From Perkinsus chesapeaki ATCC PRA-425 (taxonomy: Eukaryota > Protista > Perkinsozoa), in assembly GCA_013115145.1 (NCBI GenBank), contig JAAPAO010000131.1, positions 2,794-66,793 on the forward strand: 64,000 nucleotides of DNA. Direction: 5' to 3'. The notes beneath the pieces were generated by a model. The model was not told the origin of the DNA. It saw only the letters and a list, made by a program, of their open reading frames with translations, and did no database searches. Positions within the stretch are counted from its first letter, which is position 1; the number at the start of each line of letters is the position of its first letter. Positions 46,638-59,620 of the stretch are shown here, in pieces. The translations under genes were made by a program, and so were the position numbers.

Positions 46638-48730
46638 ATGGACAGTCTTCTCTTCTATTATGGTGGTGATAGCCACTCTTTCTATTGTCCCAGCTGCTCT
46701 GCTGTATCCGGGACCGCTTGCCCTGGCCACAGATCAACCTCGCCCAGACGGCGTGGTGCAGTACCGAAGGAGAACACCTTCGGCGAGGTGCTATATTTGA
46801 ACCCTCTTTTCTCCTACCATCTTCCCTTATAGGCCGTTATGATGTACCAAAGAGGAGCTGGCCCTATATCGGCCAATGGAGCCGGTGTACGACGGAGCTA
46901 TATGACCTTTGCCACACAGAGCCACAACACCAAACCTACTATTAACGAAGCCGCCTCTGGAACAAGGTAACCTTGCTTCTATTTGAATACTCGTTATCCT
47001 CTGTCAGAGTCCATCGACCGACCTTCTTCGATGACTGTCGATCGTGCAGCCCTTCTGGGCGCTCTGGCTCTTCGACCAGCCTTGGGGCTTACGCCGTCTT
47101 CCATAGCACCATACGAAATTTTGGTAGATCCGCCTTATCCCAATCGACCTCTAAATGAATCTTTCTCAGCGCCGGTGACCACCACCCGAAGAAGACCGTC
47201 CAGAAGCTCTTCCCGGCCTAGGTGAGATCCACCGTATCACATACGGGCAACCTCAACTTCAGGAGCTCTGCGACCGCTAGTGCCACCGCCCGTCATCGCT
47301 CTCGATCAGCGAGTAGGAATAGAGGGGCCAGTAAAAGGGCGCAGTCTAGTGAGGGGAGGGGGCCATGGTTCCCCAATACTGCCCTCCCTACCACTTCACT
47401 GTGGCCTACAAACGTTGTCCCTGACATGACTAAGAGCAAGGAGCCCGAGGCTAAGGAGCCGGAGACCGTAAGGGTGCCGTTGGACATTAGAAAAGATGAT
47501 AGCAAATTCAAAACTCATACGGCTGAGAAAGGTAGTAGAGAGACTTGAGTGTCTGAGGAGACGACTCATTCAGCAACCTCGGCTGGAGAAGTGATACGGG
47601 AATCTCCGAAGGAGGTCGACTACCACTCTCAGCGGTGCCCTTCGCGTCATCAACCAACTAAGGGAGAGCGCTTCAATAGGCTTCATCGGTTCCTATTCAA
47701 GACGCATTTTCGATGCATAATAGCAGGCCTACTGGACAATGTAGTAGCTGTTATAGGGTATTTAGGAAGGCATCATTCAGGATATGCTGTCCCATGAGGA
47801 GCAGGTGTCGTTATTACTACTATTAGAGCGAGAGGAGGACGCTCGACGGCTGGCCGCTATTGAACGGGCTTATACAGCTTACGTCCATAATGAGGTATTA
47901 TAGTGGGAGGAAGGAGGGTATGCAGTGTGCCTCAGAGGGCCGAGGAATTCGCGGAGGCCCTTCGGCAGGCGGTGGCATCGGCTTGAGCTGCATGATTTAC
48001 CGATTGTTGCCGGACAGACCTGTTTTGTTTCGAAGCTAGTACACTCACGTGACCCTTCAGCCATTACTTTATGCTTTTGGCCATACTGAGGTGGCCATTC
48101 CTTCTATTGGTCTGGTATCCCTCTACAGAGGCAGTACGACTGTCTTTCGATTCCGGGCAGATGGTGCCGGAAAACGGGGACATGCTTGAGGATGGTTCGC
48201 CACAGGTAAGAGCGGTGGTTCCCTAGGCTGCTGTTGGCGATTGTGTGGGTGTAGCGTGGAGGACTCTTAGAGACTCGGAGAGACTTTGATGATGAGGGGG
48301 ATGATGAAGACGAGGGAGAGGAGGAGGTCGTGAACGACCTGCCTTTTGCAGCTAGCATTCTAGGTAGTACTGCGGGCTCGGGGGACTTGTGATTGGGCGG
48401 CTTCAGGGGTGGCCCGTCCAGCTCTTAGCCATACGGATTGGGACACAGGCATTATCAAAGGTATTAATATGGAGATGTTAATAAGGGAAGGATTTACTGT
48501 AAGTAGATTCAACAGCTTCCGCGACATCGCTGGCTGACGAGCCGGAGATATCTGAGGAGCCGGTCAAGAAGCAGGCATCACTAGTCGAGAAGAGACAAAG
48601 TAGTAAAGCCTTAAGCGAAGGTCTCAGAGCGTCTGACAGGACTGACACCATCCACTTTGACGGATCCGGCAGCCGTGGCTCTGAAGGAAGTGGTTTCGTG
48701 GGTGAGATGATCTTAAAGTGTGCCCAATAA
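46638..48730 (+). CDS. Hypothetical Ser/Arg-rich multi-exon protein
   Basis: Several phase-compatible GT-AG junctions (e.g. ENTFGE|AVMMYQ) but no recognisable domain. May extend to 49372. Confidence 0.4.
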
Positions 48731-49438
48731 AGTACCCTTCTTTTCAGTGTTCTAATATATGGTTCATTTGCTTCGCTTCGCTCGGGGCTTATTTTATATA
48801 TGATAAACTTGTCGATCAGCATAAACGAGCCAAGGCTCTTCTGGTTCCCAATGAAGGTGGGGAGGGGCTCGGAGGTGCAACTAACGTACCCGTAATATGT
48901 ACGCTGCTAAGAGGTGGAGTGAGAGAGAGGGAGCGGTATTTTTGAACTCAGTGTACCGTACTTTCTCGAAGATTTGAGTGACTATCGGCGGTCACGGACA
49001 TCTAGCGAGCGTGCATCTTGGGCCAAGAAAAGATACGGCGTGGCACTGTTTTCTTTTTCAGGCTGTCTGATACCTACTCCACCATTGCTGGTATCGGTGG
49101 TCGGAAGTGAATCTAGTACAACCCCACTCGAAACATTTCGAGCAAGTCCGTGGAGGGCATCACAGGTCAGTTTAGGAGAGACAAGTTGGAACGGATCAAC
49201 CTCAAGTGCAGCAGCGCTGGATGACTGCCTGCGAAGAGTAGTGGAACTCTCTAAGGCAACCGTTGTACAGAATTCCCCTTTGCAGCTGCAGGTGCCAACC
49301 ACACTAGGGGACCATGCGGAGCACTACCTCCTCAGTCCTCGCTCGGATGGCTCGTCTTATACTAGTGCATGAAGCAAGCGGCCAAAGGCATTGTCGTGAT
49401 ATGGTTGTTGTTGTTGTTGCGTTGATTCCAGTGATAAT

Positions 49439-52136
49439 ATGTCATCCCAGTTGATGGGTATTGACCTTCCACTCTGCCATCGGTCATTGAGGAGCTCCAC
49501 TTCTTCCTCTACCGACTATGGTGCGATTGGCTTGATTGTTATACTATATGGATTGTTCTCGTACTTCCTATTGTTGTTCTGGGCGGCGACAAGGCCCACT
49601 ATGAGGCTGAGGACATATCAGATGATAGGCCATTCACTGAGCATGTTCGTAGGTGTCCTGATATATCAAACTGTCGATGAGATTGCCAATGAGATATTCG
49701 CATCGTTAACAGGTAGGAATTCCATACCATATTTCCGTCAAATCATCTCCCTATCAGCTGAGCTCATCGTTAGTATAATTGTGTTCTTGCTTTGGACTAC
49801 CTGTTGGGTCCTATTAATAAGCTCTGCCTATGCCAAGCCCCTTAAACAACAGGTAGGTGTGCTATTACTATCAGAGGGCAGGCCATTCGAGGACACGTTA
49901 CTATAAAGGAGGTCTTTCAAGTGCATTGTTCATCTTCCCTATATTTCATCATTCAGTCTTCTGGTAACATATATTCTACTCCTCAATAGGAGTAGTGTAC
50001 TCAGAAAACCAGCATTTTAACCGGTGCTGGAAAGTGATAGTACAGTAGTACTGTACTATCACTTTCGCAGGCTGGATTGGAAAAGTAACTATTAGTACAT
50101 TTAATCCCAAGTCAGCCTGCTACTACGATCAACCGTGCTTTCGTATACAATTCGTATCTGTAATGTATTTATTACTGCTCACTATGCGCTGGAAATACCT
50201 ATTTCCTTCAGGGGGACTCATTACCACAATTCTAACTCCTGTGTACTCCTCTGTAGGGTTGCCAAGTGATCGGCGGTCACATAACAGGATTCGCCTGTAT
50301 CAACGTTATGAGCCACATCCAAAGCGATGAGTTCTTCTCCCAATCTCGAGGGTATGCTGTTCTATTCTTGGTCCTATCCTTCCTGGTTCTCGTTGTCTTC
50401 TACATTCTGAGGTACCCCAAAAAATCCGCTTCGCTCCGCCTAATTTTTCCCTACTGTAGTTTCTTCCTCACCGAGAGCCTCTATATAATGATAGTAAATG
50501 GTGTTCGCAAGCTGGTGTGGAAGATCCGACGGAAAAGGAATCCCGAGATTGATGCGGACCAGAGGCCGACCCTCGAGACCTTCCTTCATCGTCTGTGGTG
50601 TCCCCCTGCCCACGCCGAGGGGGCTATACTCAATTTCATGGTGCATGTTGTAGCAAGTAAGTCTGCCAACCGATGGGGTTCAGCAAACTCGTACGTGGGG
50701 CATTTACCCCAGAATTGGAAGACACCGTTCTAACGTGGGAGCATTCGAGAGAATTCAGCCTTAATCTTTCATTCGTACGTACAAAATCTCATTCTAAGAT
50801 GACCTTGGTTAAGTAAGCCTGACAGAGTTTTTCTAATAATGATACAGCTCTAGCTCGTGGGAACAGCTTCGTGATTAAGGTACCCAATCCTACCTTACCG
50901 TACAAGCATGTGCCTATATGATATATAAGGTCTATCCAGGAGCATCTTTAATGCCACCTCAGCGAGGGCCGTTTGGTGTCTGGATGATGGGTTGCTGGGT
51001 AGTAGGGTACTGTAGAACGATCCATAGACACTAATCTGGCTTAGGCGGTGTTCTTCCTTCTACTTGTTTTATTGATTAACCTTATCACCATGTACCCCAA
51101 GGCAAGGTACTTTATAACACATGGTAAATGGTGGGCTGATATGTACTTTGATGGCGTGCACAAGTAAGCAGCTCGGGCTCCGACCAAACAACCAGCCACC
51201 ACCGTGGATTCCTCATTTCCTCCCTAGGACTCGTGAAATACCTAGAACGGGCTATTCTACCACTCTCTGTGGTGCCCATCAGGTCGCGACATCATCACGG
51301 CGATTCACGCCATGCGTAGTGCTACCGTTTTATAGGATTCACTGGCAGTGTTATAACAAACGTTGCACTTTCGCTTATATAGGTTGCTGAAGAAAGCACT
51401 GGAAATTGTGGACACTTTTAACACCTTGAGCATTTTGAATCATACCTTAGAGTATATATAATGTTATTATGCATCTTTTACGCAATCATCGGCAATCTGG
51501 TGGGGAAATGGTAGGGCTCGCCGAGGTAGGGTGCGTGGCCTATCAATACTGTTTGGTTCAGGTACCTCCATCTAAGTCTGGCATGGTCATCACTGCTCTT
51601 CACCTACTGGATACTTGCCGTATTCTACCCTTCTGGCACACCACAGACGATGTGGGCTATAACGAACTCAATCCTCTACTCCCTCATGTCCATACCGCTC
51701 CTGGCATTGCTCACCTTTACGGAAAGGAAGTAACAACTGGCTTCTGCCAATCGCACGGGGATTCCCTCCTCGTAGGTTCCACATTCCCAAGGAGATCGTC
51801 CAAGGTTTTATATGGGCGTTGTCTCTGGTTGTGGGTTACTCGTGGAAGCTTGTCTTCACCGATGTCCAAGACAGTGTCCTAACGTCGAGCACTTGGTAAG
51901 ATATCGTCTAACTTTTCTGGAATTGCCTTTTTAGGTTCATACGTATCTTAACGGCAATAATGCTGTTCTGTTTAATGATACCTATATATTTCCATCTTAT
52001 TTTACCAAGAATGAATCCTAATCTCATTTACCACGACGATGAGGTCCAGGTCACCGACGACGACCTGGTCTACCTGTCAAAGAGGGCCTCCACTGCCGAC
52101 TCAGCGGCCATAGGACCGCATAACGATGCCGAATAA
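49439..52136 (+). CDS. Hypothetical multi-pass membrane protein
   Basis: Many hydrophobic exons (GLIVILYGLFSYFLLLFW; SLSMFVGVLIY; GHITGFACIN; GFIWALSLVVGYSW; ILTAIMLFCLMIPIYFHLILP). TAA at 52134-52136. Confidence 0.65.
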
Positions 52137-52341
52137 ACTCGATACCATTGCTATCAAAGCTGGATATTTTTGTCTTAATATGTTACCAGTTCGTGGCGAC
52201 CATTCCCCTCAGTTTCACCCGTTTGCGAGTTGGTAGCAGCGAGTCGCCACCGACATTTCCCATTGATTTGCGCAGTTGTCAATACGTACAGGAAACTACT
52301 ATTAGGAACAGGCAACATTATCGCTATAGACAGTATGAGAA

Positions 52342-52963
52342 TCATTTCTGTTTCTTGGGGTCCTGAGGCATGTACTCGTCGGTGTCGACGACCAAAGTGA
52401 CCGGTCCGTCGTTATTCAGAGAAACGTCTGCGCAAACGGTCAAGTCAATTACACATTCGTGGCTCCGCTTACCCATATGAGCTCCAAAGATTCCAGTCTG
52501 GACAGCAGTATCACCCTTCGAGCCTGGATATTCTGCCCGACACCGTTTCACGAATTCATCGTACATGGGTTCCGCGTCGACAGGGCCCATGGCGAGCCTG
52601 TAGTCGGGCTTGTTACCCTGAAATGATACTCCTACCAGAAAGATTCTCCAGAGGTTACCTTGCGTAAAAGGCCGAAGAGCGTGAATTGCGATATGACGAG
52701 GACTTGGAAGTCCTTGTCGGTCACCGAAGCCCGCCAAGCAGTGCCCTTTTCGTCGTCCCATAAGCGAACCTTCATGCACTTGCGTACGCAATAGTCTAGC
52801 TCCGCCCTAAGGAATGTCGTGGGATTGTTTAAGGTCAGCAATTTTACATGGTATCGGTCTCCTTTATGCCGACTAAGAGAACTAGGCCTTTGCCTATTTT
52901 ACCAACGATGCTGTTTTCAACGGTAACGCTGGCTTCTGTGACTCGCTGTATGACAACCCTCAT
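52342..52963 (-). CDS. DTD1: D-aminoacyl-tRNA deacylase
   Basis: [44 protein letters not shown] (Gly-Pro motif). Confidence 0.95.
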
Positions 52964-53277
52964 AGGAAAAATCCTACACATGAATTTCGATTTCCAAAGA
53001 ACCAGTTACGGTTGCACCCCAATACGAGCTCTCGCAGAGCTAATTTTTATGATCCTCAGAGATGGTCCACTCAACAATGAAGAAACACGGATCGAGTAAA
53101 AGGTGGAATAGCATATCGTTTATATGGCATTATAGAGTCTTGATGTTAATCCGATACTTAACCCAACAAAGGTAATCGAAACGCACATAAATTCGCCGAA
53201 CACAGCGGGCAGTGACGGATCATGAATACCAAGTTGCCAGTGGTGGCTACAATAATAATAACAACAACTCAAAATCT

Positions 53278-53686
53278 TTACGAGGATTCCTCCATGGCTT
53301 CAAGCTCGGCCTTCTCTCGTTCATACCGTTTCTTGTCATCCTCGCTCAGCTTCACATAGTGGGCTTTTTCGTCATCGGACAGCTGGCAGGGAAAATAGGA
53401 ACTAACGGTCAAAATGGTGGACTTACACTTTTCCATTTTTCTCCTAGTTTTTTGGATATTTCAGGCAGTTGCTTATTAGCAAGACCAAACTCTAACTTTA
53501 TCTTCTCCCGATTCTCCTGGGCGAACATAAAGTATCTAAGGTTGAAGCACGCATGATACACCAAACCTTGGATGGTGTCTCCTACGGCGTGAGAGCTCTT
53601 TTAATCTTCGGTTTCCCATCATCCTTCTTTACTCTTTTCTTCCTCTCCTTGCGAACCTTCGTAACATCCTTCTTTGGCTCCGTCAT
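53278..53686 (-). CDS. Single HMG-box protein (NHP6/HMGB-like)
   Basis: Basic N-terminus, PKIKRALTP|..FAQENREKIK...EISKKLGEKWKS, YVKLSEDDKKRYEREKA. Confidence 0.9.
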
Positions 53687-53887
53687 TCAACTCGAAATAC
53701 TCGACCTTATCCACAGCAGATCATCTCTGCTATGCTTCAATTCTGCGGCCGCCCAGGTTGTATAACGCAGGGCGAGCGATATTTGCGATTGTGACGGCCG
53801 CCGCCTGCGAGGCCTGGCGGACTCCACTGCACTCTCGTTGTTGTAGTTATTCCTTTATTATTATACGGCATTGGTAAGCCCTATCCG

Positions 53888-55782
53888 ATGCCTCACGATA
53901 ATGGGGACCAACGGCGAGGCAATGCAAGCGCCGCTACGTATAAGGTATAGAGGGAACTCTTGATGAACTAACGCTGCTGTTCTCAGGCTCAAAGAGTAAT
54001 TGGGTCCGGTGCATTTGGTGTAGTATACGAAGCTAAAGTACAGGAGACTGGGGAGACTGTTGCAATAAAGAAAGTGTAGGGTGATTAGGAAGACATCGGT
54101 AGAGTACTTAGTAACGCAATGTGGTAGAGATGGATGATATTATATAGTGAAGAGTTAGTAGGACCATTAATGGTTAGTTACGCTGTACTGGGAATGTAGG
54201 AACAAATAATGTATATTGAAGGAATCAGTATAAATAATACGGCTATTTTCACATGTTGAAAATAATGCATTACTTTATTATTAACATACATGATTTTTGG
54301 ATGGGGCCAGATAATGGTAAACGAATGGCGCATAGATTGGGTCCAAAGGATGGAACTCATCGTAGTAACACCACGCGGCACTTACCTGTCTAGTGGGGAT
54401 TGTACACCGGAATGAAGGGAGAGCGAGGGGACACATAGAGCGGCATAACGTACTGTCCCACCAGCAACGCCTTCGCTGTTTCCTCAGTATATATTCTAAT
54501 GCCTCACTAGTACCGCTTGTTGCCTTTTAGTTAGTAATTACCTTAATCAGCACAGTAGTTGGATGATTGAGCCACGAGGCTTCCCGTCAATCTATTTGTA
54601 GGTTCCAAGACAAGCGTTTTAAGAACAGAGAATTGCCGACATTGAAAGAATTAAAGCATCCTAATATTGTAGCTCTAAAGCATGCTTTTCATACTGCCGG
54701 TGATACCCCTAATGACCTGTAGGGAATGGTAACGGTCCGACTGCTGTTGCATCGCCGTAATAGGTACCTCAACCTCGTTATGGAATATGTGCCGGATAAT
54801 CTTTCACAAGTGATGAAGTAGTAGAGGGGGTTGGGGGCTGGCTGATTCTGCGGAAATGTGGTATAATTATTCTATCAGATATTATACTAAAGTTAAGGAA
54901 TATATGCCATCCCAACTTGTGAAGTTATATGCGTATCAAATTCTGCGCGCAGTCGGATACGTCAATGCAAAAGGGATTGCCCACCGCGACATTAAGCCGC
55001 AGAATATACTGGTCTGTCCGTCAACTCATACCATTAAGTTATGCGACTTTGGCTCGGCCAAGAGATTATCAGCCAACGAAGATAACGTCGCTTATATATG
55101 CAGTCGATTTTATCGAGCTCCAGAGCTCATTTTCGGTGCGACGGGTTACACTTCTAAGGTACTAATAGAGGCTGACATTTTACAGCGCGCCACGAAATTG
55201 GCTCAGGTTGATGTCTGGTCTACTGGGTGTGTTATCGCCGAGATGTGCCTCGGGTCACCGCTGTTCCCGGGGGAATCTGGGGTTGATCAACTTGTTGAGA
55301 TAATAAAAGTATTGGGAACGCCGACGGCAGAGCAGGTTAGATACCAACATTTACAGTGAGTGTTGTCGTGTTACAGCTGCTGCTGCTGTTAGGTTGCTGC
55401 TATGAACCCGAAGTATAAGGATTTCGATCTGAAGGCCTTCCCATCTATAAAGCCTATGGGATGGGCGAATGCCCTTCGAGGACGGCCGCAGGCTGACAGC
55501 CATTTCGAGGCGCTACTGAGGGCATTATTGAAATTCGAGCCCCAAAACCGTGTGTCACCAATATTGGCATTGTGCTTGGACTACTTCGACCAGCTACGGA
55601 CTCAGACCGACCTCGGTAAGGAAATCGGGTCGGCTGGTGGGCTACCTAAGGATCTCTTCAAATTCACACGAGAGGAGCTAGCTGAAGTTGGCGATCCGAG
55701 GCGACTGGCCCCGCGTAGAGCCCTCCCCCGCGCCCCCCAAGTCCATGATGCTGTGAATGATAATAAGGTGGTTATGACATAA
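53888..55782 (+). CDS. GSK3: Glycogen synthase kinase 3 / shaggy-like kinase
   Basis: [15 protein letters not shown]|[66 protein letters not shown]. Confidence 0.95.
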
Positions 55783-56104
55783 TGGTGACTAATACCTTTA
55801 ACTGCTGCTGCGGCTGCTCACCACTATAACATATTATCATCTGGTTATTTCTGTATATTGCTGGTGTTGCTGCCGTTGGGCGCCATTGGCATGTTTATAA
55901 TGGTAGTAATAGTAGCATTTTGGCGACAATGACAATTACAAAGATTATCGACCCAGTATAATCATCCTCTATAGTGTATTCTTTATATCAACATGATTAT
56001 CATCAGCAACACCCCCAGTAAGCCATCTTTCAGCCATCTCCCTTCGCCATCGCTACCATTATTAATATATCCATTCATATTGCTATTGTGTTCTAAGTTG
56101 GAGG

Positions 56105-57456
56105 ATGATAAAGCCCCAGCCTCAGTTCCCCATGGCAGGCCACACCTCTGCTGCTGCTGCTCGACAATCCCGCACTACGAATATCACCGACATAAGTCCA
56201 TCATCTAATAGCACTGATTTAGACATTTCTTCCTCTGGAGACAGAGCGTCCGGTGATGGTCCTATCATCACATCATCTAGCTAATCTATCTTTCATTCAG
56301 ATGACGAAACAGCACCTCTGCCTCCAGAGGTGAAGCCCCGCACCAGTCGGTCCTCCCCTCGAACCGGTGAGAATCTTCGCCCAACCCACCTGCAGTTCCT
56401 TCCTAGTCTTGGCTGCAACACTACATCTTGTGAACCCGTTGGCAAAGCGCCGTAGTCTGGCTGATGTTCGGTACTGCCTTGGGTTTCAACTGCAGTGAGC
56501 CCTAATAGGTTCACCAAGGCGGAGGTATATAATCTTTACGTTACTTGCTGGACTGGTCTGGTATCTCTGTATGGTATGTGTTTCTTCACCGATAAGGAAG
56601 GCTGCCAAACTGTGTCGGAGATAGGCAACTACTCCTATGTGCTTCAATTTCCTGGCTCGAGATGGATCTACTTCCCTTAGCTCTTCACCATCGGTATGAC
56701 TATAACAGCTGCAGGGCAGTCGGTGCTGTGGCCTACCCTGTCTGTATATCTTGCCCAGCGGACACCAAGGTCAACTTCACTCTTATTTGTAAGCCACTAT
56801 ATGGTCCCTCTTGGTGCTGGGCATTAACGTGCTGCTTTTAAGGCTCGTAGTGTCACTTTTATGATAACACTTCGCAAGCCTTTTCGCTAGTCTGGAATCT
56901 GCCGTTTGTTCATTCGAAAAGGGCCACCTTTCCCGGCAGCCATCGTATCCCTGTTTAGGTTCGTGCTGGCCTCCTCCTGGGTTACTTCAACGCTGTCTGC
57001 CTCGCCTGTGTTGCTCTAATACCCCTCCATTACGCCAATGCACTGCACACGTTCTTCGCCCAAACGTTCTTTGTCGCAGATTGCGCCACTTGTCTGTGTT
57101 ACACCGTGGCAGCTTCTCGAATTGACCTTCTCCCCCGAGGCGCTCTTTCCACTGTACCGCCCAGCTTGCCGCAGCGTTGCAGTCGTTACTCTTGCTCAGA
57201 TCGTTTTCCTAGGCCTAGGGTCGGCCTTGTTGTTGATAAGCTATATGCTAGTATACAACTTCATACCAGGAATTCGCATCGACTGGCCCTACTGTGTAGC
57301 TCTGCCAGCTCGACCGGCCGGTTCCAGCTGCCGGCTCTTCAGGTCTACACAGGCGCCGAATTCGTCAGCGCCGGCCTCTGCCTTGTGTATCCGCTTTGTT
57401 ACGGGCCTGCAATCCGAGAAGCAGCGCGGACTGGAATTGACCATGCCAGACTGTAG
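56105..57456 (+). CDS. Frag1/DRAM/Sfk1-family membrane protein, paralog 1
   Basis: RSLADVR|F, GCQTVSEIG, VYLAQRTPR, LHTFFAQTFF, IDLLPRGAL, WPYC|VYTGAEF. Intron positions match paralog 2. Confidence 0.7.
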
Positions 57457-57612
57457 GGCTTTCGGAGGGAATGTCTCACTGTTGTGTGTCAGATATTACA
57501 ATGATTGATCGACAAGCATGAATGAAGACTAGCATGCCTTTCTCTCCCCAAAAAGTATTGAGTTCCCCGGCGGTGCCCATTTACATTAGTCCTGTTACTG
57601 TCACTGAGTTTT

Positions 57613-59139
57613 ATGGATTCAAACGTGCCACCTGTCAAGTCCAGTCCTGACGCATCTGCTGATGCTGCTGCCGCCACTGATCCAGCGGGCAAAGCTGATC
57701 GGTCTCTAGGTAAGACTTATGTAACAAACGGGGAGATTACCTGTTGTTGAGTAGACGATATTAATCCTTCCTGGACTGACCAACAGAATCGTGGTGCTGG
57801 CTTCGGTGATGACTTTTCGCCGGACTCATTTACTTTCAGCGAATTCGGTGGAGATGCGGAACTAGAAGGCATGCCGGGTGCCGGGTGTACGAAGAATCAC
57901 TCTTCGTTCCGATTACTGTGTTCCCTTCAGATAGCGTGGACCCCTTCAAAAGCGCCAATCGGCATCCTAATGCGCCCAGAAATAGTAGGCTAGTCCGAAG
58001 GCTTCCCTCTTCGATCTCGTATCTTTCTCAGTGTTTAAGGCTATGGTGCAGCTTTTAAGTCCATGCAGGAAACAACGTAGCTTGGCCGATGTCAGGTCTG
58101 ACTGCTGTGAGAGTGTTATTAACGACGTTATTTGAGAGCAGGTTCAACTTGGTAGAGGTTGCCATCATGTACAGTGCGAGCTTAATAGGCTTAGTCTCCC
58201 TAATAGGGGCACTTGTCTTCAGCGACATCAAGGGATGTGACACAATATCAGCCATAGCAGCTGAATCCAAAGTAACACTGCGGAGTTACTTCGGACATCG
58301 AACTGTTCCGAGCGCGGAAATACAAATGCCACTTTTGAATGGGGGTTGTGGTAAAGCTAGTTATACCCGTATATAGTCTATTATAATGCAAACCGCCGCC
58401 GCCATTCGATTGTCTATCGTTCTCGATGCTCTTTAGGTCTTCAGAGTAGGCATAGCGATCGCGGCGCTCGGTCTCGCACCGGGATGGGGATTCATAGCAG
58501 TCTATCTTGCTCAGAGATCCCCGCGATCATTAAGCAAGCTGACGGTAGGCTACTGTCTTCGAACAGTCCTCGTAACTTTCACCTTCAGATAAGAGTGGCA
58601 CTCTGGCTTGGCTTGATCAGTGCTATCTGCCTCTTCGGGGTAGCCGTTGTGCCTGTCAGCTACTGGAATGAGCTGCATTATTTGTTTGCACAATTATCCT
58701 TCTTGTGTGGTTGCCTCACATGCCTCCTCTTTTCTATTTCTGCCACCAAGGTTGATCTCCTCCCGAAATCTGCTCTCATCACCGTAAGTTCATCTCTTCC
58801 TTCCACAGTGTTACTAGCCTTGCTCCCCTCAGTTGATCCTTCTAACCGGTGCCACTATTGTCTTGCTCTTGAGTTATCTCCTCGCGAACGGCTACGTGCC
58901 AGGTGTCTCTCTCAAATGGCCCTTCTGCGTAAGCTTCTAATCCCGTATTACTATTGTACTATTATTCCCCTCAGGTGTACACTAATGTTCAGTTCTTCAC
59001 CGTGGCCATGGCATTTTTGTTCCCTATGTGCTTCGGACCGGCAATTAACCATGCCATTCACACGGTTGATTTCGCTCGAATGTAAGTAGACTTTTCTTCC
59101 TTACCCGCTCATTCGTGTTGCAGGTATTACTATGATTGA
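57613..59139 (+). CDS. Frag1/DRAM/Sfk1-family membrane protein, paralog 2
   Basis: RSLADVR|F, GCDTISAIA, VYLAQRSPR, LHYLFAQLSF, VDLLPKSAL, WPFC|VYTNVQF. Phase-compatible N-terminal exons from ATG 57613. Confidence 0.72.
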
Positions 59140-59620
59140 TTCACAACACATCTCAGAGGGCCTGCTTGTGTCCTTTACAAGTTACCATTTCTAGTTGTAT
59201 AAAATGCCTCAATGCCTCTATCAAGTCTTTCGTTCCGAGTCAAACTAAGTGATAATTGTGCACTTGTTAATTGACTACGAGACCTGGTGTTATTCGGTGT
59301 CAGAAAAGTCAAGTAGAAGCTCCTTCCATCGAGGCAGGAATTATTATTAGAGCGAATCGCCCTCACGGTAGTCGTCAATACACCGTGAAAAAATGACAAG
59401 CAATGTCCATGAGACAAGAGCTTAAGTGGGATCCAAGTATTGTGAAAATGACCTTTAATCAAGAAGGTATGATACAATAAGAAAGTCATTATTCGTATCA
59501 ATGCGCACACTCATTCCGCAGAGTGGGCTATGACATAGTGGATGACAAGGTTCAACGGTGCAGTCGACAACAGGTTCGATAAGACTATTTAACAAAATTC
59601 AAGTGTATGGTGCTTTAACA

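Noticed and set aside
56293-57873. Possible minus-strand gene
   Set aside because: The plus strand is explained by two homologous DRAM-like genes with matching introns.
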